A DNA stretch of 64,000 bases. Source: Infirmifilum sp. (GTDB lineage Archaea > Thermoproteota > Thermoprotei > Thermofilales > Thermofilaceae). The translations under genes were made by a program, and so were the position numbers. The DNA lies in NCBI GenBank assembly GCA_041287245.1, contig JBEULP010000003.1, positions 96,001 to 160,000 of the forward strand, in the 5' to 3' direction. Below, in pieces: positions 48,816 through 59,433 of this stretch. Numbering within the stretch: the stretch's first letter is position 1; every line of letters begins with the position of its first letter. The notes under the pieces were generated by a model that was not told the origin of the DNA, made no database searches, and saw nothing but the letters and a program-made list of their open reading frames with translations.

Positions 48816-51290
48816 ATGAGTGACAAGAAGACGAAGTTGATTCTCTGGTTTGAAGAGCTTACTAAAGAGGATGTACCAATCGTCGGTGGTAAGAACGCAA
48901 ACCTGGGCGAGATGCTTAGGGCTGGTATACCAGTTCCGCCTGGCTTTGCTGTCACCGCGTATGCATATAAGCGATTCATAGAGGAAACCGGGATTAGAGA
49001 TAAAATCTATGAGATTCTCCGCAAGCATGTTCCTACAGGCGCCGGTAAGCCTGAGGACTACATGGAGGCTTCTCAGGAGATTAGGAAACTCATAGAAAGT
49101 GTTTCAATGCCTAGGGATATTGAGGAGGAGATTAAGAAGGCTTACCGCGAGCTTAGTAGGCGCGTGGGTAAGAATGAGGAATTTGTAGCTGTCCGCAGTA
49201 GTGCCACCGCCGAAGATCTTCCTGATGCTAGCTTTGCGGGGCAGCAGGAAACCTACCTGAACGTGAAAGGTGAGGCTGATGTTATCGAGAAGGTGAGGAA
49301 GTGTTGGTCCAGTCTCTTTACTCCGCGTGCTATCTTCTATAGGGAGAGCAAAGGGTTTGAGCATGAAAAGGTCTTGATTAGCGTAGCCGTCCAGAAAATG
49401 GTTAATTCTAGGAGCGCTGGCGTCATGTTTACTCTTCACCCCGTGACGGGGGATAGGGACAAGATTGTCATAGAGGGGCATTGGGGTCTCGGCGAGGCTG
49501 TGGTCAGTGGAAAGGTTACACCCGACGAATGGGTTGTGGACAAGAAGACTATGCAAATAATAGAGAGGAATATTGTTGAGAAGACTGTTGAGCTCATAAG
49601 AGACCCGAAGACGGGTAGGACAATAGAGCATGAGATAGAGCCTGAAAGGCGTACCAAACCCTCGCTTACCGACGAGGAGGTTCTCAGGCTTGCCGAATTA
49701 GCCATTAAGATCGAACAGCATTACGGTAGGCCTATGGATATTGAGTGGGCTGTTGATCGCGACCTCAAGTTCCCTGAAAGTGTTTTTATAGTCCAGGCTA
49801 GGCCTGAGACCGTTTGGAGTACTAGGAAAGAGGGAGGTGGTGAATCTGTGTCTGTAAAAAGCGTATCAGAGGCTAAAGCTGTTGTAAAGGGATTAGCAGC
49901 TAGTCCGGGCGTTGCATATGGAAGAGCTAAGATTTGCCTGTCGCTCGAGGACGCGAAGACCAAAATGCAGCAGGGGGACATTTTAGTGACGAAAATGACC
50001 GATCCGGACTGGGTTCCTTACATGAAGATGGCAGCAGCCATAGTGACTGACGAGGGTGGCATGACTGCCCATGCCGCCATTGTAAGCCGTGAGCTGGGCA
50101 TACCGGCAATCGTTGGAACCAGGGAGGCGACGAAGGTCATGGTTGATGGCAAGGACTATACTGTAGATGCCAGGACAGGCGTGGTCTACGAGGGCAAGGT
50201 TGAGGAATTACTGGGTGGGAAGAAGGAGGAGAAGGCTGCCGCGGCCGCTCCGATAGAGATAATTTGGAAGCCTATTACCGGCACTAAAATCTATATGAAC
50301 CTGGGAGTGCCCGAGAAAATAAAGGAGTATAAGGATCTTCCATTTGACGGCATCGGGCTTATGCGTGTTGAGTTTATCATGGCCAGCTATGTAGGGGAAC
50401 ACCCGCTTTACCTGCTTGAGAGCGGTAGGGGAGATGTACTTGTCAACAAGATGGCTGAGGGTATAGCACTCGTTGCGCGTGAAATCTACCCGCGCCCCGT
50501 CGTCGTACGTTTTTCTGATTTCAAGACAAATGAGTACAGGCAGCTTAAAGGCGGCGAGAAATACGAGCCACAAGAGGACAACCCAATGCTAGGTTGGAGG
50601 GGCGTTAGCAGGTACATTAGTCCTCAATACGAGAAGGCCTTCAGACTGGAGGTCAAGGCAATAAAGAAGGTAAGAGAGGAGATGGGTCTCGGCAACGTCT
50701 GGGTAATGGCGCCGTTTGTTAGGACGCTTTGGGAAGCTGAAAAGTTTATCAAACTACTGGCTGAAGAGGGGTTAGAGAGTAGCAAGGACTTTAAGATATG
50801 GGCAATGGCTGAGGTACCGAGCATTATATTTCTCGCTGAAGAGTTTGCACGCTACTTTGACGGGTACTCTATTGGAAGCAACGACCTGACACAGCTAACC
50901 CTTGGAACAGACAGGGACTCGGCTATACTGCCTAAGATTGACCCGAGATATTTCGATGAGAGAGACCCCGCGGTGCGCACCGCAATAGCCATGCTCATTG
51001 AAAAAGCCCACAACTCCCCATACGGCTACAGAACGGTATCAATCTGCGGACAGGCTCCGAGCGTTTATCCAGAGTTTTCGGAGTTCCTCGTAAGGCAAGG
51101 TATAGATAGTATCAGCGTTAACCCCGACGTAGTTGTTCGAACCAGGGAACTTGTCGCACAGATTGAACACAAAATACTCCTGGAAAAGGCGCTCGGAATC
51201 GAGAAGATTGAAGAGGACCTAGGCTGGCCTATGCGGCGTGAAAGAAGAGGACTCCCGAGAATTGCTAGGCGTGTAGACGAGATAGAATAA
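48816..51290 (+). CDS. ppsA: phosphoenolpyruvate synthase
   Basis: VGGKNANLGE, RSSATAEDLPDASFAGQQET, TAHAAIVSRE, EDNPMLGWRG. Confidence 0.96.
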   Translation: MSDKKTKLILWFEELTKEDVPIVGGKNANLGEMLRAGIPVPPGFAVTAYAYKRFIEETGIRDKIYEILRKHVPTGAGKPEDYMEASQEIRKLIESVSMPRDIEEEIKKAYRELSRRVGKNEEFVAVRSSATAEDLPDASFAGQQETYLNVKGEADVIEKVRKCWSSLFTPRAIFYRESKGFEHEKVLISVAVQKMVNSRSAGVMFTLHPVTGDRDKIVIEGHWGLGEAVVSGKVTPDEWVVDKKTMQIIERNIVEKTVELIRDPKTGRTIEHEIEPERRTKPSLTDEEVLRLAELAIKIEQHYGRPMDIEWAVDRDLKFPESVFIVQARPETVWSTRKEGGGESVSVKSVSEAKAVVKGLAASPGVAYGRAKICLSLEDAKTKMQQGDILVTKMTDPDWVPYMKMAAAIVTDEGGMTAHAAIVSRELGIPAIVGTREATKVMVDGKDYTVDARTGVVYEGKVEELLGGKKEEKAAAAAPIEIIWKPITGTKIYMNLGVPEKIKEYKDLPFDGIGLMRVEFIMASYVGEHPLYLLESGRGDVLVNKMAEGIALVAREIYPRPVVVRFSDFKTNEYRQLKGGEKYEPQEDNPMLGWRGVSRYISPQYEKAFRLEVKAIKKVREEMGLGNVWVMAPFVRTLWEAEKFIKLLAEEGLESSKDFKIWAMAEVPSIIFLAEEFARYFDGYSIGSNDLTQLTLGTDRDSAILPKIDPRYFDERDPAVRTAIAMLIEKAHNSPYGYRTVSICGQAPSVYPEFSEFLVRQGIDSISVNPDVVVRTRELVAQIEHKILLEKALGIEKIEEDLGWPMRRERRGLPRIARRVDEIE

Positions 51291-51322
51291 ATCTAACAGC
51301 CAACTTTTTCTATAATACCACT

Positions 51323-52357
51323 CTAAAGGTAGCGTGGAGTTCCTATTATTTTTCCGTCTACTGTAGCGCATTTTCCTTCTACTAGCTTGAAGAAAGGTTC
51401 TCGTCTAGAATTAACTTCTCTGATAGCTTGCGAAAGCAGCTCGAGTTTCGTCTCTCTACTTGCAGCAGCGTTCCTTAAAATACCCTTTATATCTACTAGA
51501 TTATCGTTCCTGTTTAAACATGGTTTTAGCTTCCCGTCGTGTGTCAGGCGGATTCTCGTACACTTGAGGCAGAATGAGGGGTTGCAGTAATTTGCAATAA
51601 CCTCCACCCTTGTCCCATTGGATAGGAAAAATACTGGGCGATTGTGCAGGTCTCTATGCTCCACCTTCTCAGCTCTTTCAGCTAATATAGGCAGGACTTT
51701 CTCAACCGGGAAATACAGCTTGTCAAAATATTCTCTCCCAAGTCCCATCGGAATAAGTTCTATTAAGTTCAGGTTAAACTCCATTCTTGAAGCATAATCA
51801 AGCACCTTCGGTAGTTCGCCATAGTTCACTGAAGTCAATACGAAGTTTAGTTTGACGGGAAGACCATAGTCCTTAGCGGCTGCAAGCCCCTTAAGGACCT
51901 TTCCAAGTCCTTTCGCCGCAGTAACGGACAAGTATTTTTGCTGGTCAATGGCGTGTAAACTAACGTTTATCCTGTCCAGCCCCGCCTCAGTGAGCCTACC
52001 AGCATACTCGCTGAGAAAATACCCGTTGCTAGTCATGGATACTTCAACATCTCTACCGAGGTTTTTAATACGGGACACTATCTCGGCAATGTCTTGTCTG
52101 AGAAGGGGTTCTCCTCCTGTGAGTTTAAAAGAGTTTATACCTTGCGAGTAGGCTGCTTGTGAGACAATCTCTATATCATCAACGCTTAGAAAATCAGGTG
52201 TTAAATCTTCTCCTTCTCTATGGCAAAATACACAGTTATAGTTGCATTTCGCCGTTACAGATACTCTAAGGTTAGTCAGGGGACGGCCAAACCTGTCTAC
52301 AAGCAAGCGAACACCATTTAAGCATGTTCTAGCAAAGGATATAAGCGTTATCTCCAC
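51323..52357 (-). CDS. moaA: GTP 3',8-cyclase MoaA (true start probably ~50 nt into the ORF)
   Basis: DRFGRP, CNYNCVFCH, TGGEPLLR, C-terminal FCLKCTRIRLT...KPC. Confidence 0.93.
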   Translation of the reverse strand: MEITLISFARTCLNGVRLLVDRFGRPLTNLRVSVTAKCNYNCVFCHREGEDLTPDFLSVDDIEIVSQAAYSQGINSFKLTGGEPLLRQDIAEIVSRIKNLGRDVEVSMTSNGYFLSEYAGRLTEAGLDRINVSLHAIDQQKYLSVTAAKGLGKVLKGLAAAKDYGLPVKLNFVLTSVNYGELPKVLDYASRMEFNLNLIELIPMGLGREYFDKLYFPVEKVLPILAERAEKVEHRDLHNRPVFFLSNGTRVEVIANYCNPSFCLKCTRIRLTHDGKLKPCLNRNDNLVDIKGILRNAAASRETKLELLSQAIREVNSRREPFFKLVEGKCATVDGKIIGTPRYL

Positions 52358-52493
52358 GTAAAAATATCGCTCGTTGAATCACTTGTTTTAAATTCTACGG
52401 AAAAGCATTTTAATTATTGCTTAGGAGAGAATTTTTCTAATACGACAATTATATCACCATCCTTAAAAATACGGTTCTTCAAAGAACCTCCCG

Positions 52494-53321
52494 ATGTATA
52501 ATAGCGTTTTAAATGCACAGAATGAACATGCGGAAGACAATATCTTTAAGGTACATGTGAAGCCAGAGGCTCTACTTTCCACTATAAATCTTTCGAAAAG
52601 GTTCGGGGGAGTAGTGGCTCTAAACAAGGTAAATATTTACGTTTATCCTGAAACGTTGACTCTCCTTATCGGACCTAACGGCAGCGGAAAAACCACTTTG
52701 ATTAATGTTATAGACGGCTTGTTACGGGCAGATGAGGGTCAAATATATTTTGCTGGAAGAGAGATCAGCAAGCTTCCGCCGCACGAAAGATTCCGTTTAG
52801 GCCTTGCAAGAACATTCCAGGTTCCGCAGTTGTTTAGCAGTCTCAGCGTGCTTGAGAACATACTAGTTCCTGAGAGGAGTTTTTATGAGGAGAGGGTATT
52901 AGAACTACTGTTAGGTAGCGCTTGGAAGGTAAAGGAAAAGGAGTACATTGAAAGGGCTTTTAACATTCTTCGTCTTCTAAATCTTGAACACATGTGGGAT
53001 TCTCCTGCGTCACAGCTGAGCGGAGGGCAGATGAAACTGTTAGAATTAGCCCGAGTGCTTATGAGTGAACCGAAGCTAGTGATTCTCGACGAGCCCTTGG
53101 CCGGCGTGAACCCTACCTTAGCAAATGAAATAATGGGGTATTTGACAAGGCTTAGGGCGGAGCTGGGAGTATCGTTTCTTATAATAGAGCACAGACTTGA
53201 CATTGCTCTCAAATTTGTAGACTATGTCTTTGCCATGCATCAAGGAGAGGTTATCGCGCAGGGGCTGCCGGACGAGGTTATAAAACACCCTGCTGTCGTG
53301 GAAGCCTATCTGGGTGGCTGA
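52494..53321 (+). CDS. livG: branched-chain amino acid ABC transporter ATPase
   Basis: FGGVVAL, GPNGSGKT, ARTFQ, LSGGQ, VVEAYLG. Confidence 0.88.
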   Translation: MYNSVLNAQNEHAEDNIFKVHVKPEALLSTINLSKRFGGVVALNKVNIYVYPETLTLLIGPNGSGKTTLINVIDGLLRADEGQIYFAGREISKLPPHERFRLGLARTFQVPQLFSSLSVLENILVPERSFYEERVLELLLGSAWKVKEKEYIERAFNILRLLNLEHMWDSPASQLSGGQMKLLELARVLMSEPKLVILDEPLAGVNPTLANEIMGYLTRLRAELGVSFLIIEHRLDIALKFVDYVFAMHQGEVIAQGLPDEVIKHPAVVEAYLGG

Positions 53322-54033
53322 GTTGGTAGTGTTGAAGGCTGAGAGTCTCTCCGTTGGTTACGGTAACATGGAGATAGTGTCTAATGTGAGCTTAGATGTT
53401 GAAAAGGAGGAGCTTTTCGTCATAGTAGGTCCTAACGGTAGCGGAAAAAGCACGCTTCTAAAGGGGCTTTTTGGCCTCGCGAGAGTGTTCAGCGGCAGAG
53501 TGTTCCTAGGTGACCGGGAGATCACGCGTTTACCGCCCTATAAGCGTTCACTGCTAGGGTTAAGCTACCTACCACAGCTGGGCAACACATTCGAAAGTTT
53601 AACTGTTTTTGAAAACCTTGTTCTCGCGGGACACGATCTGCCTTCAGATGAGTTTCAGAGAAGACTGGAGAAGGTACTTGACATTTTTCCCGTTGTTAAA
53701 GGATTTATGAGTAGAAAGGTTAAAACTCTCAGCGGCGGTGAGAGACAGGCTCTAGCGTTAGCAATGAGTCTTCTCAGGAGCCCCTCCTTACTCATGATGG
53801 ACGAGCCTACAGCAGCCTTATCACCTAAGCTTTCGGCTCAAGTGTTCCAACAGGTTCAAATGCTTCGGGACGAGTACGGTCTTTCAATACTACTAGTAGA
53901 GCAGAACGCTATGAAAGCACTGGAAATCGGGGATAAGGCTCTCCTACTCGTCTCAGGGACCCCCAGATTTTTGGGGTCTCCAGCTGAGCTACTAGGCAAT
54001 AAGGAGCTTGCCAGGCTTTATCTCGGGGTGTAG
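53314..54033 (+). CDS. livF: branched-chain amino acid ABC transporter ATPase
   Basis: GPNGSGKS, LSGGERQ, VEQNA, LYLG. Confidence 0.88.
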   Translation: MAELVVLKAESLSVGYGNMEIVSNVSLDVEKEELFVIVGPNGSGKSTLLKGLFGLARVFSGRVFLGDREITRLPPYKRSLLGLSYLPQLGNTFESLTVFENLVLAGHDLPSDEFQRRLEKVLDIFPVVKGFMSRKVKTLSGGERQALALAMSLLRSPSLLMMDEPTAALSPKLSAQVFQQVQMLRDEYGLSILLVEQNAMKALEIGDKALLLVSGTPRFLGSPAELLGNKELARLYLGV

Positions 54034-54037
54034 GTTT

Positions 54038-54937
54038 ATGCTTGAGGAGATATTTTTAAACGGATTAATTTACAGCAACCTGTTAGCCCTGCTATCCATA
54101 GGTCTAACTCTGACGATACTCACATCGAAGGTCTCCAGTTTTGCTCATGGTGATTTCGCCGTCATCGGAATCTATACAGCATATACTCTTAGTGTGATTA
54201 CGCGACTTACACCTTATTTTGAAATCCCTGCGGCCTTCCTTGCCGGAGCCGGTATTGCGGCTCTGGTGTACCTAACGGTCTTTGACAAGCTAAGAAGCAA
54301 AACCAACTTGGTGACGCTGATGATTGTCTCCATGGCTGTGGATATAATTATTAGGGGGTCACTGCAGCTTTACGCGGATTTTATTCAAGCCTATCTGCAA
54401 GTTTTCGGAAGAGGTTTTATCTTCACCGACGTTTCACTCGATATAGCCGGGACAAGAATAAACGGGGTTTTCGTTTTTTCCATGTTAACAACAGTGATCC
54501 TCCTTGTTTCACTATACATACTACTCTTCAAGACTAAAATGGGCATTGCAATGAGAGCAGCAATCGAGAATCCCTCACTAGCTGAAACCCTAGGCATAAA
54601 CGTGAAAAAAACCTTCACTGTAAGCTGGGCCCTAGCAGGCGGACTAGCAGCGGTCGCAGGGGTCTTCTTGCCATTTAGAATGCCAGTAACCCCTGACACG
54701 GGGTTCGCACTTTTACTATCCATATTCGCCGCCGCTACCGTGGGGGGTCTTACAAGCCTGTCAGGGAGTGTTCTCGGTGCATACATTATCGGTTTTTCGG
54801 AAACCCTTTTCACCTTCTGGCTTTCCAGCGTGGGGCTTAGCACCGCCTACCGGCCGGCGCTGTCTTTCGCAGCTATTATACTCACGCTTCTCACTACGCC
54901 AGAGGGAATTTCCTCGATATGGAACCCTAAGAGGTGA
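54038..54937 (+). CDS. livH: branched-chain amino acid ABC permease
   Basis: FAHGDF, TKMGIAMRA, AETLGIN. Confidence 0.87.
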   Translation: MLEEIFLNGLIYSNLLALLSIGLTLTILTSKVSSFAHGDFAVIGIYTAYTLSVITRLTPYFEIPAAFLAGAGIAALVYLTVFDKLRSKTNLVTLMIVSMAVDIIIRGSLQLYADFIQAYLQVFGRGFIFTDVSLDIAGTRINGVFVFSMLTTVILLVSLYILLFKTKMGIAMRAAIENPSLAETLGINVKKTFTVSWALAGGLAAVAGVFLPFRMPVTPDTGFALLLSIFAAATVGGLTSLSGSVLGAYIIGFSETLFTFWLSSVGLSTAYRPALSFAAIILTLLTTPEGISSIWNPKR

Positions 54938-55947
54938 TATCCATGGATATACTCTTATTCGCCATAAATCTCGGCGTTCTTTATAGCATATACTCTATTC
55001 TCGCCATCTCTGTTGAGCTCGAGTACGGAGAGCTTGGAATACCAAACTTCGCCAAGTCAGCGATATTCGCTAGTGGGGCGTTCTCCGTAGGCGCGCTAGC
55101 CACAAGACTGGGTGTTTGGCTAATAGGTATACCGTGGCAGGGTGAGTTCAGGAACACTAGCTGGATATACGCAACGACGGTTTCTGCGAAGATCGCGGAG
55201 AATCCACTTCTAGGCGTGATAATTTTTCTCATACCCCTTCTCGTTGCTCTACCCGTTGCAGCCCTACTTGGACTAGCTGCCTCTTACCCGGCTCTTAGGC
55301 TACGCGAGGACTACCTAGGCATAACCCTCATAGCCTTCAGCGAGCTTGTACGGGTATTTGCAAGAAACTATGAGCCTCTCCTAGGTGGTACCTTCGGCGC
55401 CGGCGTTCCGAATTTTCTCGCCTTTATGCCCGTAGAGCTTCGGAACATGGTTTTCTTACTAATATCCTTGGGTTTTCTATTTATGATCTGGGCGGCGTAT
55501 TATAGGCTGACGACGTCGCCCTTTGGAAGAGTTATAAGGGCGATTCGTGATAATGAGGTAGCAGCCCAGAGCCTTGGTAGAGACATAGTCAAGATAAGGG
55601 CCATCGTCCTAGTCTTAGGTTCCATATTGGCGGCGATTGCAGGAGTCCTTTATGCCTTCTACGTCGGCTCCGTAAATCCAGATGACTTTACGGTTATGAA
55701 GACCTTTATCGTTGTCCTCATGGTCGTCGTGGGCGGTAAGGGTAATCCTTTTGGACCCCTAGTAGGCGCGGGGGTTTATATCATGATAGACAGGATGATT
55801 ACGTTTGCGAAACAGATGGTGAGCCTACCTTTTGACATTAACTATTTTTCGTACATCGTTCTCGGGCTGCTACTAATAATAGTTATTATGCAACGTCCTA
55901 GCGGCATTGTCCCAGAAAAACCTCCAGTGACGGTTAAAAAAGCATAG
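54934..55947 (+). CDS. livM: branched-chain amino acid ABC permease
   Basis: LRLREDYL, SPFGRVIRAIRDNEVAA, RPSG. Confidence 0.87.
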   Translation: MISMDILLFAINLGVLYSIYSILAISVELEYGELGIPNFAKSAIFASGAFSVGALATRLGVWLIGIPWQGEFRNTSWIYATTVSAKIAENPLLGVIIFLIPLLVALPVAALLGLAASYPALRLREDYLGITLIAFSELVRVFARNYEPLLGGTFGAGVPNFLAFMPVELRNMVFLLISLGFLFMIWAAYYRLTTSPFGRVIRAIRDNEVAAQSLGRDIVKIRAIVLVLGSILAAIAGVLYAFYVGSVNPDDFTVMKTFIVVLMVVVGGKGNPFGPLVGAGVYIMIDRMITFAKQMVSLPFDINYFSYIVLGLLLIIVIMQRPSGIVPEKPPVTVKKA

Positions 55948-56059
55948 CTTCTTTGTTTCGACAATCGTTGAATTCTTATTAGAAGGATGTTAATATAATA
56001 CAAACTATGATTAGAATAAGGGTTTAAATAGAGAGGCATGTATAAAACGGTGGTAATAT

Positions 56060-58183
56060 TTGCCCCGAAATCCGCTGGATACGTTGCTGAGACCCACCTC
56101 TGTCGCCGTGATTGGAGCCTCCCGTAGCCCCGAAAAAATAGGGTACCAGGTTGTAAGGAACCTTCTGGAGGCCGGTTTTCCACGGGAAAAAATTTACCCC
56201 GTTAACCCCAACGCAGATGAGATTCTAGGATTGAAGTGCTACCGATCGATCTCTGAGATTCCTTTTGTCGTCGACTTAGCCGTCATTGTTGTTCCCGCTC
56301 CCGTCGTTCCAGCTGTGCTAGAAGAGGCAGGACAAAAAGGAGTAAAAGCCGTAGCTGTTATCACAAGCGGCTTCAAGGAGATTGGAAATGTCGAGTTAGA
56401 GCGTAAGCTTGTTGAGATAGCACGTAAGTACGGGATAAGACTACTGGGTCCAAACATTGTAGGCATTTGTGATACAGTTAAAAACGTGAATGCAAGCTTC
56501 TGCCAGGGACTCCCCAAGCCCGGAGAAATTGCATTTATAACCCAGAGTGGGGCTCTCGGCATAGCCCTTGTCGGGTGGACAAAGCTTAAAGGGATAGGTT
56601 TATCCGACCTTGTAAGCCTAGGCAACAAGGCCGATATAAATGAGGTTGACCTGTTAGAGTTTTTTGGAGAAGACAGTCATACAAACGTGATAACTGCCTA
56701 TCTCGAGGGCATTGAGGATGGGCGTCGTTTCATGGAGTCGGCGCGACGCGTGGCAAGGAAAAAACCGATAATTATACTTAAGGCGGGACGTGCCGCAAGA
56801 ACCGCTGGCGCGATAAAGTCGCATACGGGTTCATTGGCGGGGAGTTTTGCGGCATACGAGGCTGCTTTCAAACAAAGCGGAGTTTTGCTGGCGGACAGTT
56901 TTATAGACCTCTTCGACTGGGCCATAGCACTGGCTAAGAGCCACCTACCGACAGGTCCTAATGTGGTTGTTCTCACAAACGGTGGGGGTGCAGGCATTAT
57001 GGCTACAGACGCGGCTGAGAGGTGGGGCATCAAGCTAATGGATATCCCTGAGGATCTCGCGGGCAAGCTGAGGAGACATATGCCTCCGTTTGGAAGCGTT
57101 TATAACCCAATAGACTTGACAGGCATGGCTGATGCGGAGCAATATTTAGGCGCTATGAAGGACTTGCTGTTAGACTCTCGCGTAGACTCCATAGCCGTTC
57201 TATACTGTCACACTGCGATAACCAACCCGCAAGAGATAGCTGAGGCCATAATTCGATCAGTAAAAGAGACCGGCGTTAAAAAGACAATAATAGCCTCTTT
57301 CATAGGCGGGGAAGAAGTGAGTAGAGCCTGCACCATGCTAACAGAGAATAACATCCCATGTTATGAGTCACCAGAGAAGGCTGTTGCGGGGCTCGGCATT
57401 CTCTACAAATACGCGAGGATCCGCGAACAGCTGGAGAGGAAGACCTACATCAAGGTGGAAGCAAACCTTGAAAAAGCCAGGGAGATTGTTAATGGCGTCT
57501 TAAAGGAGGGGAGATATGTTCTTACGCCCGCTGAAGCCGCGAGACTTGTATCACTCTATAACATACCTGTTCTACAAAAGATTCTTGTGAAATCCCCAGA
57601 GGAGGCAGTAGCTACAGCTAAAACACTTGGCTACCCCCTCGTAATGGAGGTGGAATCTCCAGATATTCTACACAAAAGCGACATTGGTGGTATAGTACTA
57701 AACATAGATAGCGATGAGGCTGTAATAGAGGCTTACACCAGAATCATGGATAATGTTGCTAAGAAAGCTCCTGGAGCCAGAGTATACGGCGTTATCGTTA
57801 GAAAAATGGCTGAGAAGGGAAAAGAGGTTGTAATAGGAATGCACCGGGACCCTGTGTTCGGGCCGCTCATAATGGTCGGCAGTGGAGGCGTCCTCGTTGA
57901 ACTCATGAAAGACGTCAGTTTTCGCGTTGCACCACTAGCCGTTGAGGATGCAAGCGAGATGCTCGAGGAAACAAAAATCTATACGGTGTTAAAGGGCTAT
58001 CGCGGCGAAGCCCCATCCGACGTTGAAGCTGTAATCGATGCCCTGGTAAAGATTTCCCAACTAGCATTAGACATACCAGAGATAGAAGACATAGACATAA
58101 ACCCATTTTTCGTCTACGAAAAGGGGCGAGGAGCGCTGGCAGTAGACGTAAAAGTCACACTTCTCAAAAAACAAAAAAATTAA
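56060..58183 (+). CDS. ADP-forming acyl-CoA synthetase, fused alpha/beta
   Basis: [18 protein letters not shown] phospho-His, NPIDL, ATP-grasp HKSDIGG, DPVFGP. Confidence 0.92.
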   Translation: MPRNPLDTLLRPTSVAVIGASRSPEKIGYQVVRNLLEAGFPREKIYPVNPNADEILGLKCYRSISEIPFVVDLAVIVVPAPVVPAVLEEAGQKGVKAVAVITSGFKEIGNVELERKLVEIARKYGIRLLGPNIVGICDTVKNVNASFCQGLPKPGEIAFITQSGALGIALVGWTKLKGIGLSDLVSLGNKADINEVDLLEFFGEDSHTNVITAYLEGIEDGRRFMESARRVARKKPIIILKAGRAARTAGAIKSHTGSLAGSFAAYEAAFKQSGVLLADSFIDLFDWAIALAKSHLPTGPNVVVLTNGGGAGIMATDAAERWGIKLMDIPEDLAGKLRRHMPPFGSVYNPIDLTGMADAEQYLGAMKDLLLDSRVDSIAVLYCHTAITNPQEIAEAIIRSVKETGVKKTIIASFIGGEEVSRACTMLTENNIPCYESPEKAVAGLGILYKYARIREQLERKTYIKVEANLEKAREIVNGVLKEGRYVLTPAEAARLVSLYNIPVLQKILVKSPEEAVATAKTLGYPLVMEVESPDILHKSDIGGIVLNIDSDEAVIEAYTRIMDNVAKKAPGARVYGVIVRKMAEKGKEVVIGMHRDPVFGPLIMVGSGGVLVELMKDVSFRVAPLAVEDASEMLEETKIYTVLKGYRGEAPSDVEAVIDALVKISQLALDIPEIEDIDINPFFVYEKGRGALAVDVKVTLLKKQKN

Positions 58184-58191
58184 GGACGAAA

Positions 58192-58605
58192 TTATTCGCC
58201 TAAAACTTCCACGATTACCTTCCGGTTTTCCCGAGGGCCATCCATTTCTACAAAGAAGATGTCCTGCCAGGTTCCCCTTACCAGCTGTCCATTCATTATA
58301 GGAAGTACAAAGCTAGCACCTATGATTGTGCTCGCAACATGCGCGTGTGCGTTATCGTCTATTCTGTTGTGAAGCCAGGGTTTCTCAGGTGGAAAGAGGG
58401 TCTGAATATGCTCTAATATATCCTGTATCAAACCGCTCTCGTTTTCATTAGCTATAATGGCAGCTGTGGCGTGCGGCGCGGCGATCAGGCAGAGTCCGTT
58501 TGCGACGTTGCTTTCCCTAACGATTTTTTCTACCTGGCTCGTGATATTGATTAGCTGGAATTTTTCTTTTGTAGAGAAATTTAGCACTTTAGTTACGATT
58601 TTCAC
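58192..58605 (-). CDS. YjbQ/UPF0047 protein
   Basis: HATA...NENE, NAHAH, GTWQ, EMDGPR. Confidence 0.92.
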   Translation of the reverse strand: MKIVTKVLNFSTKEKFQLINITSQVEKIVRESNVANGLCLIAAPHATAAIIANENESGLIQDILEHIQTLFPPEKPWLHNRIDDNAHAHVASTIIGASFVLPIMNGQLVRGTWQDIFFVEMDGPRENRKVIVEVLGE

Positions 58606-58643
58606 ATGAGTTTAGAGCACACCCGCCTTTAATATTTGGCGCG

Positions 58644-59411
58644 TTAGCCCGAATAGACTCTTGTGTACGGCGCCTCTAAACCGAGCATCATTTCTTCTAG
58701 GTATTGTAAGCCTCCTATAGATACTTTTATTCCTTTTTCAGCGGCTGAGAACGCGCATTCAAGCTTGTGTCGTAGACCCCCAGTCACGTCCCATCCGCTT
58801 TCATCTACCTGAAACATGTTGCCTGGTCTTATCTCGGTTAACAGTTTAGCCTGAGGATTACCCGGTGGCTTGTCATATACTCCTCCAGAGCCCATTACGA
58901 ATATGAGGGAGTCTGCTTGAAGGGTAATAGCTAGGTGGGCGGCCACGTCATCCCCAGATAGTATAGCTACTCCGCGCGCTGTGTCAATAACCGCGTCGCC
59001 GTATAGAACTGGCACCGTTAGCCTCTCTATAAGCATTTCCACAAGGCTTGTGTCTAGCGTCTTTATAACACCGTTTTCGGTCAAGGCAACAGCAGAGGTT
59101 TGGAGACCTACGGCGGGAACCCCAGCGCTTAAAAGCTTTTCAATCACCCTCAGATTGAGATAACTCATCCAAAACCGGGTTTCGGCGAACCCGAAAGCCT
59201 TCTCGAGTGATATGCCTCCAGAGGAGAGGTCATACTTAGCTGCTGTAGGGTGCCCAAAGGATCCTCCCCCATGAACAAGCACTAGTTTTACTCCTTTTTT
59301 TAAAGCACTTGATACTTTTTGAGATAAGAGATCGAGATTGTTTTCACGGAGTGTATAGGGCTTGCTTTTATCGGTTATTACAGACCCCCCGATTTTGACT
59401 ACAGAGAACAT
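58644..59411 (-). CDS. ipk: isopentenyl phosphate kinase
   Basis: KIGGSVITDK, HGGGSFGH, SGDD, DVTGG; next to prenyltransferase. Confidence 0.9.
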   Translation of the reverse strand: MFSVVKIGGSVITDKSKPYTLRENNLDLLSQKVSSALKKGVKLVLVHGGGSFGHPTAAKYDLSSGGISLEKAFGFAETRFWMSYLNLRVIEKLLSAGVPAVGLQTSAVALTENGVIKTLDTSLVEMLIERLTVPVLYGDAVIDTARGVAILSGDDVAAHLAITLQADSLIFVMGSGGVYDKPPGNPQAKLLTEIRPGNMFQVDESGWDVTGGLRHKLECAFSAAEKGIKVSIGGLQYLEEMMLGLEAPYTRVYSG

Positions 59412-59433
59412 GTAAGACGCCCGGGTTAGGGTG

